Source of the DNA: a candidate division WOR-3 bacterium
GTDB lineage: Bacteria; Hydrothermota; Tepidihabitantia; Tepidihabitantales; Tepidihabitantaceae
NCBI GenBank assembly: GCA_030612625.1
Contig: JAUWNN010000001.1
Location: forward strand, 1 to 45,923
DNA length: 45,923 nucleotides
Direction: 5' to 3'
Position numbers and translations under genes: made by a program. The notes beneath the pieces were generated by a model, which was given only the letters and a program-made list of their open reading frames with translations, was not told the origin of the DNA and did not search any database. This document shows positions 1 to 6,793 of this stretch, piece after piece. Positions within the stretch are counted from its first letter, which is position 1; every line of letters starts with the position of its first letter.

Positions 1-268
1 CTGCGGGTTTGCCTCTTGCACTTTGGCTCTTGACCTATGACTTCTCCTCATCTGTGTCCATCTGTGTTTATCTGTGGTTCACTTTTCCCTTGGCGTTCTT
101 GGCGGTTGACTTCCGTTTCGTGTATTTCGTGATTTCGTGGCCAATCCTGGTTTGGTTGCGGCCCTTCGGGGGCCGCGCTAGGTTCTTGGTGCCTTTGTGT
201 TGAGATTCTGCATTTTGACTTTTGCACTTTGCCTTTTGACTTCCACGTTCTTCGTGTTCTTCGTGGCT
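1..268. repeat. Mosaic stuttered-word repeat block (copy at the window edge)
   Basis: Modules seen: ctcatctgtgtccatctgtgtttatctgtgg, cttggcgttcttggcgg, tttcgtgtatttcgtgatttcgtggccaatcctg, ttgacttttgcactttgccttttgac. A 7-bp hairpin with a uucgg loop lies at 158-176. The same modules recur at 2985-3250 (same orientation), 1020-1190 (inverted) and 32736-32920. Confidence 0.8.
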
Positions 269-973
269 CTATTTCGGTTCTTGGGAAGGCGCAGGCTGGC
301 GGGTTGGGGTGATTTCGCAGAACAGGCTTGACTGGTCCACTTCGTGGATTCGGGTTCTGACATCAAGTCCTGCGGTCAAAGACCGGAACCGGTCGGGCCG
401 GACCGCAGTGCCGGTGAAGCCGTCCCGGCACACAATCACGCCATTGCCGGTCCGGTCCGGGTCGAGTTCACCGACAAGCCCGAGTTCGGACTGGAGTCTG
501 AACCACTCCAGACGGACGTCCCAGAACCTGTCCGAGTAGCTGGAGAACAGGGCTGTGCCTTGGGTCCGGGTGACGCGAACAGCTTCCCGGATAAGGTCCT
601 GCTGGTTGACATGGAACGCCGAGATGCCGTTCTGGATGCAGACGACCCGGTCGAAGAACCGGTCGGGAAACCGGAGCTGAACCGCACTCATTTCCAGGAG
701 CAGGCAGTTGGAAAACTGCTGGAGCGTTTTCCGGCCGAGGTTCAGGCTGGCCCGGGAAGTGTCGATACCGACCGCGAGCCGGGCTTTTCGGGCCAGGGGA
801 CCGAGAACCCGGCCGTAGCCGCAGCCGAGTTCAAGGACTTTGTCCTCGGGCCGGATGAAGGTAAGGACATGGTCCAGTTCGGCCTGAAGGTACTGTTTCA
901 CGCGTGGTGGCGCGATGTCGTAGCAGCGCTTCAGCCGCTCAGCAGAAAGAGTCTCACGGTAGTAATCGCCCAT
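269..973 (-). CDS. Class I SAM-dependent methyltransferase
   Basis: 234-aa ORF with SAM-binding motif I (VLELGCGYGR), a downstream GIDTS segment and the post-I region CIQNGISAF. Its last 5 codons and the TAG stop (269-285) lie inside the repeat module cccaagaaccgaaatag, which recurs at 32741 and about 17280. Confidence 0.8.
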   Translation of the reverse strand: MGDYYRETLSAERLKRCYDIAPPRVKQYLQAELDHVLTFIRPEDKVLELGCGYGRVLGPLARKARLAVGIDTSRASLNLGRKTLQQFSNCLLLEMSAVQLRFPDRFFDRVVCIQNGISAFHVNQQDLIREAVRVTRTQGTALFSSYSDRFWDVRLEWFRLQSELGLVGELDPDRTGNGVIVCRDGFTGTAVRPDRFRSLTAGLDVRTRIHEVDQSSLFCEITPTRQPAPSQEPK

Positions 974-1606
974 ACTCAGATTCTCTGCAGCCGGAGGCAG
1001 TCGTCAAACAGAGCAGTTAGCGGAATTCAACCACAAAGGCGCAAAGGGCAAGAAGAGAGGCACAAGTCAAAAGGCAAAGCGCGGATAGCGGTAGGCGGTC
1101 AGCGGAGAGCGGATTGGAACCGCCAAGAACGCCAAGAGGAGAACTAACCACAGATGAACACAGATAAGCACAGATAGAATACTGGACACAGGATACGGGA
1201 TACAGGGTTCTGGAGTGCAACGACTCTGTCGTTGCTATGGAGTGCGGAGGCGCAAGCCACCGCTTTTCCGCCTCTATGGACTGCAACGACTCTACTGTTG
1301 CGTGGCAGCGACATCCCTGTCGCGATTCAGTTGTTGGCTGTCGGCTGTCAGGGTCGTGTCCTTTCGAGCCTGTCGAGAATTCTCTCTTCAGCCGTCAGCG
1401 GTAAGCGGAGCGCGGTTTCTTTCCTGACCGTAGTTCATCCTTCCGCCTTCATGTTTCAGCCTTTCCACGGTAGGCGGTCAGCGGTCGGCTGGTTTGCTTC
1501 CTCGCCCCTTGTGGGAGAGGATTGAGGTGAGGGGGAAGTATCCAACCGCCAAGGTATGTCCTGAGCGAAGTCGAAGGAACGCCAAGAAGAAAACAGATCA
1601 CAAGGG

Positions 1607-1752
1607 CACCAAGACCAGGACAAATCTGGTTGACCCTTATCGAGCCGGGCCCGCAGCGGAGTGGGCTGCGGAGTCAGCAGCGGACCGAGCTGCTCCAGAG
1701 CTGCTGGGAGGTCACTGGGGAGGTGGTTCTCGATTTCAGTTCGGATTTCAGC
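1607..1752 (+). repeat. 146-nt direct repeat, partner at 45778-45923
   Basis: Hand alignment without gaps gives 7 mismatches in 146 nt (about 95% identity). It starts at accaagaccaggacaaa and ends in the ttcag-type 12-nt units. The partner copy is cut by the window end. Confidence 0.85.
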
Positions 1753-2122
1753 TTCAGGTTCAGCACAAAGCAGAGTCTGAACCGGAGTTTCAGAAAGAGC
1801 GTCTTCTGCACAGCAAAGCCGAGAATGAACGAAAGCACGTTCGACAGCTCTGAAGAGAAAAGCAAAGACGGAATCGAAGACAGCAGAAAGCACAGAAGCC
1901 TCTTCAATTCAAGGCACACAAACAAGCCCGGTTCAAAGCTCAGCTTGAACCAGAGCGTGAACGAGAACCTGCCTTACACAATGAAACAGAGCATCAAACT
2001 CAGCACAATTCGCCGCACGACGCGTTACGCAATTCACGCACGACGCATTACGCATAACGCATTACGCCGGAGGGGAGTTCCGGGGACACATTGTTTAACT
2101 CCTACCCATCTAGCTTCGTCTG

Positions 2123-2194
2123 TTCTACCATCTGATGGTAGTGTCCGCTACGCTTCCATTCTGCCATCGGATGGCAGTGTCCGCTGCGCTCCAA
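2123..2194 (+). repeat. Tandem duplication of a 36-nt hairpin unit
   Basis: Unit 1 (2123-2158) carries the hairpin ctaccat-ctg-atggtag and unit 2 (2159-2194) carries ctgccat-cgg-atggcag. The a->g change in the 5' arm is matched by t->c at the pairing position in the 3' arm. Confidence 0.8.
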
Positions 2195-2427
2195 TCGTCT
2201 TTCTTGTCAATCTTCATGGCACAGCGGCGGGTGTGACCGTCGCCGAAGTAGAGGAGGTTGTCAGGCATTTGGCCTCCATCGGACGAGGGTAATACCCTTG
2301 AGAGAACTCAGGGTGTCACCCTTGCGGTTCAGAAGAATGTGATTCATTATAATTCCTACAAGCATAAAATAGCGGCTGGGCTGCGGATGTCAAGGGTCGC
2401 TGAGGTTTTGCCGGATTTACTTCTAAT

Positions 2428-2751
2428 TCTGAAAAAGGCACGAGAAAAGGCATCTGAAAAGGCTTGTCAAAAGGTTTGCGAAAAGGCTCTGAAAAAGGCC
2501 TGCGGAAAGGCATTTGAAAAGGCTTTAGGAAAGGCCTTGAGAAAGGCGTTGGGAAAGACCTGTGAAAAGACCCATCAAAAGGTCTTGAAAAACGCCTGCA
2601 ACAAGGCAGGGACAAAGACATGAGAAAAGGCTTTGAAAAAGCCCGAGCAAAAGGCCGGGAAAAAGACCTTGAAAAAGGCACCTTGAAAGGTGTCTGAAAA
2701 GGCATCGCAAAAGGGTTGGAAAAAGGCTCAGAAAAAGGCCGGTGGAAAGGG
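2428..2751 (+). repeat. Phased 12-nt degenerate tandem array, 27 units, consensus NNNN-GAAAAGGC
   Basis: I parsed 27 consecutive 12-mers with no indel (tctgaaaaaggc, acgagaaaaggc, atctgaaaaggc ... cggtggaaaggg). The 3' 8 nt are conserved and the 5' 4 nt are variable. Confidence 0.9.
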
Positions 2752-2880
2752 AAGACGAAACCGCTCAGGGGACGGGGGAGGCGGAAATGGCGAATTCCGA
2801 ATAACGAATGGCGATTCAAGGGGTTAGGGAGAATTCCGGCTCCGTGGAAATATGACGAATTAGTCATATTGGCGGCGCCA
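2752..2880 (+). repeat. Conserved module flanking the GAAAAGGC-type arrays (partner 21493-21610)
   Basis: The 44-nt core aaatggcgaattccgaataacgaatggcgattcaaggggttagg (2785-2828) matches 21523-21566 with 1 mismatch. In both loci it lies directly 3' of a GAAAAGGC-type array in the same orientation. Confidence 0.85.
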
Positions 2881-3274
2881 CGCGCCAGGCTTTGATAGGT
2901 GATGAGGGAGTCTTTCGCTTCGCAATGACCGGGACTTGGCGGACTTGGCGGTTCAAATCCGCTATCCGCTGACCGCCTACCGCTATCCGCGCTTTGCCTT
3001 TTGACTTCGCCCTCATCTGTGTTCATCCGTGTTTATCTGTGGTTAGTTTTCCTCTTGGCGGCCTTGGCGTTCTTGGCGGTTGAATCCTTCACCCTCACCT
3101 CAATCCTCTCCCTTCAAGGGAGAGGAGGTCTTCGACGGTCCTTGCGGTTTTGCCTTTTGCGATTTGCACTTTGCCTTTTGACTTGTGCCTTTCTTCGTGT
3201 CCTTGGTGCCTTTGTGTTTAGTCTTCTTGGCGGTTTGGCTCCGATTTGAGGTTGCCGGTTGGTGCAATCGGTGC

Positions 3275-3303
3275 TTGACATTATCAAGGCAGGCCTTTAG
3301 AAT
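3275..3303 (+). promoter_or_regulatory. Sigma-70-like promoter of the secreted CBM/T9SS gene
   Basis: TTGACA (3275-3280), 17-nt spacer, TAGAAT (3298-3303). It sits about 25 nt upstream of the GAAAGGAG RBS and ATG 3329. Confidence 0.55.
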
Positions 3304-3328
3304 CAGCGCGGGCGTGAAAGGAGACCAA

Positions 3329-3895
3329 ATGAGAAAGTACATTCTACTCCTGCTGCCGATGTTCCTGGTCATCGGTTTCGGGCAGGAGCTACTCCAGAAC
3401 GGGGATTTCGAGGATTCCCTTGATTTCTGGACAGTAGAACAAAACAACAACCAGGGCAGTTGGGCGGCCAACTGCTCGACCGGCCATCATCCCGACCCTG
3501 ACATGGAAGCGTACGTGTACAAGTACGACCGCTATTTCGCCCGCATCAAGCAGACCGTTGATTTGCCGAGCACCAATGTTGAGTTTTCGGCTTCAGCCAG
3601 GCTCTACGCCAGGCACATCTCGGGCACCGGGTACTATGCTTATGCGGCGATTATTCTTGAGTACGTCAATTCGCACGGGGGACTGCTGGGCCGGACCATG
3701 ATAATCCAGAAGACTCCGAACTGCAATCTGGAGAATACGTCGGTCCTGCATCTTATCGTCGTGACCAGCACCAACTGGGAGGACTACGACTTCATCATCG
3801 CGGATGAGCTTGCCAACCTCCCCGGGGTGAATCCTGCTGAGGTGGCCAAGATAACGGTCGATCTGGAGAGCTACGGCACCGGCCGTAGCGGCTGA
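3329..3895 (+). CDS. Secreted protein, N-terminal part: signal peptide plus most of a CBM4_9/galactose-binding-like jelly-roll domain; ends at an in-frame TGA
   Basis: Start moved to ATG 3329 (RBS gaaaggag), giving MRKYILLLLPMFLVIGFG as signal peptide. LLQNGDFEDSLDFW is a typical CBM-type domain start. The ORF stops at TGA 3893-3895 before the domain's terminal strand. Confidence 0.7.
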   Translation: MRKYILLLLPMFLVIGFGQELLQNGDFEDSLDFWTVEQNNNQGSWAANCSTGHHPDPDMEAYVYKYDRYFARIKQTVDLPSTNVEFSASARLYARHISGTGYYAYAAIILEYVNSHGGLLGRTMIIQKTPNCNLENTSVLHLIVVTSTNWEDYDFIIADELANLPGVNPAEVAKITVDLESYGTGRSG

Positions 3896-3934
3896 GGGGC
3901 CGGTCATACAGAGGCGAAGGTCTTCGCCGATGAC

Positions 3935-5485
3935 ATGTCCCTGTCGGTTTTGTCCACCGGCCCGCTGGTAATTTACAACAACAACACGGTCATTGACAGC
4001 CCACCCGGAGGAAACGGTGACGGCAGATTTGACCCGGGCGAAAGCGGGCAGATTGTTGTTGCCCTGCGCAATGTGGGCAACGAAGCGGCCGAGGATGTGA
4101 CCGCGAAACTGCGGTCCGGCTACTCCCTTTTTGTGATTACCGATTCGAGCTCAGCCTACGGCGATATCCCGGCCGGCTCAACCCGGACCAATAACGCGGA
4201 CCGGTTTGCGGCTTCGGCTGATGCGTCAATTCCAATAGGAACTATAGTTCCGTGCACCCTTTTGGTGCATTCCAGTAACTGGGTCCATGACTGGACTTAT
4301 GTGTTCGGGATTCAGGTCGGGCTGCCACCGGTGCCGCCCCAGTATGTAATTACCCTGGATACGGGCGAGGTTTCGCTGTCAGTCTGCGCAATCGGCTCAA
4401 TCGGGTATGACGAGCCTCCGACCGACCTGGGCACCGGATTCCAGGTTCCAAAAGGTGTTGCGAGCTGTCTGTTCTACGGCGGGCTGATGGCCGGCAACTC
4501 GGAAAGCTATCTTGCTGACCACCATTTCTCGCGGCCGGCGAACTCGGGTACGAACCACGACTGGCAGATGCTTGACAGCTTCAGGTTCGTGATGCCGCCG
4601 ACACCGGCTGATGAGCAGTGGGTGAACACCATGAGCGACGGCGGGCATCCTTCTTCAAAAGGGCTCGGTGTCGAGCAGCGCTGGTATATGAATACTGAGA
4701 ACGAGTATGATGACTGGGCGATTGTTGTCTTTGACTTCGAGAACAATGGTTCGAGTGCAATCAACGGCCTGCATGTCGGGATGATTGGTGACTTTGATGT
4801 CGGTTCCTCACCAACCGCGAACATCGCGGGTTCGGACACGGTCCGCCGCGGGGTGTGGATGCGGCAGGCTTCGAGCGAGAACCCGACCGCAGGCTTTGTG
4901 CTGCTTGCCCCAACCAGCTTCGCTAACCTGACTGCGGTCGACCATGCCAGGTATGTGTATCCTGACTCCTGCATGACCGACGGCCAGAAGTTCCGGCTGC
5001 TGGACGGCACTATCGCACAGCGCCAGTCCAACCGGAACTATGACTGGTCTGTTGTGGCTTCGGCCGGGCCATTCAACCTGGAGGTTGGCATGATGCAGCG
5101 GGTTGCGTTCGCGGTTGTCGGTGCCACGAGCCAGGAGTGCTGGACCGAGGCTGCGGGTAAGGCCCAGGAATGGTATGACGCCAACATACTGGGGGTGGAA
5201 GAGAACCCGGGCCGCATTGCGACCGGGCAGGGCGTAAGGACATTCCTGATGCCCAACCCGTTCCGGAACGGCACTTTTGTGCACTACTTCAGCCGGATTC
5301 CAGGACCGGTCGAACTCACCGCGTTTGATGCGTCCGGTCGTGAGGTCGAGAGGACAGTGTTCCAGACCGAGAAGGGCGAAGGCAGGTACTTCTGGCAGCC
5401 GAAGAGCCTGGCGCGCGGAGTCTACTTCTTGAAAGTCAGAACTCAGGACCAGGAATCGGTCGCCAAAGTGCTGCTGGTGGAATAG
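3935..5485 (+). CDS. T9SS-sorted surface protein, C-terminal part; same frame as 3329-3895 and probably one gene
   Basis: It has no signal peptide of its own. The codons from 3896 read GAGHTEAKVFADDMSLSV, matching the xVyfDDvSL end of a CBM-type domain. The C-terminus (NPFRNGTFVHYF...GVYFLKVRTQDQESVAKVLLVE) looks like a Por/T9SS C-terminal sorting domain. Confidence 0.7.
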   Translation: MSLSVLSTGPLVIYNNNTVIDSPPGGNGDGRFDPGESGQIVVALRNVGNEAAEDVTAKLRSGYSLFVITDSSSAYGDIPAGSTRTNNADRFAASADASIPIGTIVPCTLLVHSSNWVHDWTYVFGIQVGLPPVPPQYVITLDTGEVSLSVCAIGSIGYDEPPTDLGTGFQVPKGVASCLFYGGLMAGNSESYLADHHFSRPANSGTNHDWQMLDSFRFVMPPTPADEQWVNTMSDGGHPSSKGLGVEQRWYMNTENEYDDWAIVVFDFENNGSSAINGLHVGMIGDFDVGSSPTANIAGSDTVRRGVWMRQASSENPTAGFVLLAPTSFANLTAVDHARYVYPDSCMTDGQKFRLLDGTIAQRQSNRNYDWSVVASAGPFNLEVGMMQRVAFAVVGATSQECWTEAAGKAQEWYDANILGVEENPGRIATGQGVRTFLMPNPFRNGTFVHYFSRIPGPVELTAFDASGREVERTVFQTEKGEGRYFWQPKSLARGVYFLKVRTQDQESVAKVLLVE

Positions 5486-5504
5486 CCGCTCAGGTTTCTT
5501 AATT

Positions 5505-5531
5505 CTGGGGCGTCCTTTATGGGCGCCCCAG
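5505..5531 (+). terminator. Possible intrinsic terminator
   Basis: ctggggcg (5505-5512) pairs with cgccccag (5524-5531), followed by a weakly T-rich stretch (tcttagttgtt). It lies 20 nt after the stop codon. Confidence 0.4.
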
Positions 5532-5726
5532 TCTTAGTTGTTCGTGCTGTTGCAGGAAGTGACAACTGTTCTCTTGACCAGAAAGAGAATCGGATTAGTT
5601 TATGGCGGTGTTCTTGTATTTTCTATTGGCAATATGCTTGCCCGGGACAAAGTATGGGCGGTCAGCGCAGAGGAGTTATGAAAAGCCCAATGAGCACAGA
5701 GAATGAGGGAAAGGCTGTAGTTTAGT

Positions 5727-6692
5727 ATGAGTTGTCCGGTTGTGATTGTTGAGTATGACCCTGAGTGGCCGGTGCGGTATGAGGAAGAGAAGCGGCTGAT
5801 ACTTGGGGCGGTCGGACGCAGGATTCTGGGGATAGAGCATGTGGGTAGTACTGCGGTTCCCGGGCTGGGTGCCAAGCCGACAATCGACATCCTGGCCGGT
5901 GTGAGCGACCAGGAAGCGGTAGAGCAATGCCTGCCAGCATTGGGCAGAGTCGGTTACACGGACGTCACTCCGTGTCCGGAAGACCCGGACTGGTACTACT
6001 GTGTGGGTAAGGGAGAGCGGCCGCACAATGTCCATCTGCATCTTGCCAAGTACAAGAGCGCGTTCTGGGAAAGGCACCTGCTGTTCCGCGATTTTCTGCG
6101 AGCCCATCCTGAAAAGGCTCAGGAGTACTACAGGTTGAAGAAAAGGCTGGCTGAGAAGTGCGGTTCTGAGCGTCAGGCATACTGCGATGGCAAGACACTG
6201 TTCATCAGGTCGGTTGAGGTTCGGGCGCGTGGGATATGTATCAGGCAGATGGAGGCGGGTGATATTGACCGAATCATCCGGGCATTCGCCCGGTGGCACA
6301 AGAAGCGCTCTCAATATGAAAGATACTTTGACGGACAGCGGCAGGGTGAACGGGTGGTTCTGGTTGCGTTGGACAGAGAAGAGGTTGTCGGTTATGTGGT
6401 CATCGTCTGGAATTCACGTTATGAGCCGTTTCAACAGGACCGCATTCCCGAAGTCGTAGACTTGAATGTCATCAATGAGTTCCAACGGCAGGGCATCGGA
6501 ACCGCACTGGTTCATCAGGCCGAGCGCATCGCTCTTGAGCACTCAAAACCGGTTGTTGGCATATCAGTGAAGCAGTCTCCTGAGTATGCAGCGGCAAACC
6601 GTTTGTACCCAAGCCTGGGTTATGTGCCTGACGGCAGAGGAATCACCAGGTATGACAATGAACTCCACTTGACCAAGACATTGGGAGAGTGA
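5727..6692 (+). CDS. GrpB (UPF0157 nucleotidyltransferase-fold) / GNAT N-acetyltransferase fusion protein
   Basis: N-terminal half: IVEYDPEWP, IEHVGSTAVPGLGAKPTIDILAGV (GrpB signature). C-terminal half: VVGYVVIVW and the acetyl-CoA loop QRQGIGTALV (GNAT). Confidence 0.75.
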   Translation: MSCPVVIVEYDPEWPVRYEEEKRLILGAVGRRILGIEHVGSTAVPGLGAKPTIDILAGVSDQEAVEQCLPALGRVGYTDVTPCPEDPDWYYCVGKGERPHNVHLHLAKYKSAFWERHLLFRDFLRAHPEKAQEYYRLKKRLAEKCGSERQAYCDGKTLFIRSVEVRARGICIRQMEAGDIDRIIRAFARWHKKRSQYERYFDGQRQGERVVLVALDREEVVGYVVIVWNSRYEPFQQDRIPEVVDLNVINEFQRQGIGTALVHQAERIALEHSKPVVGISVKQSPEYAAANRLYPSLGYVPDGRGITRYDNELHLTKTLGE

Positions 6693-6793
6693 AGAAAAGG
6701 GGATAACAGGACAAGGGGTTAGGAGAAGGCCTGAAAGCGGACGGCGGGTCTGTTTGACTTCTGATTCGGAATGGATAGCATTTAGTTTCTTAG

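Larger units (their letters stand above)
974..3274. repeat. 2.3-kb non-coding block made entirely of mosaic repeat modules
   Basis: No credible CDS; all ORF-track entries here are low-complexity read-through of repeats. Contents: an inverted copy of the 1-268 modules (1020-1190), stuttered hairpins (gcaacgac-tct-gtcgttgc near 1216), acgcattacgc words (2020-2070), a tandem hairpin pair, a 12-nt array and a second direct copy of the edge modules (2940-3250). Confidence 0.8.

Noticed and set aside
2428-2751. CRISPR interpretation of the phased arrays (also 17607-17894 and 39842-40141).
   Set aside because: The period is 12 nt with no unique spacers. The units are degenerate rather than identical, and no cas genes are in the window.
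2940-2966. tRNA-like T-arm motifs inside repeats (ggcggttcaaatccgct here; gggttcaagtcctgg in module B; gcggattggaaccgc at 1108).
   Set aside because: Only a T-loop-like heptamer with a short stem is present. No acceptor, D or anticodon arms can be drawn around any copy. I found no tRNA gene in the window.
2316-3026. Long ORFs running through the 12-nt arrays and mosaic blocks as real proteins (2316..3026, 2258..2623, 1630..2292, 17567..17864, 21225..21557, 39753..40191; xPFx, EKAx and FVxx tetrapeptide repeats).
   Set aside because: Several frames on both strands are open simultaneously, because the repeat unit rarely contains a stop codon. There is no RBS or plausible start context, and the composition is extremely low-complexity. 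Open frames are a by-product of the 12-nt unit. I kept a cryptic repeat protein only as a minor hypothesis in the array finding.
3893-3895. Genome-wide UGA reassignment (for example UGA=Gly) as the explanation for the in-frame TGA.
   Set aside because: TGA ends several well-supported genes in tight TGATG or ATGA overlaps with the next start (9206-9208, 10950-10952, 30830-32, 32635-37). In addition, prfB retains the UGA-dependent RF2 frameshift site.
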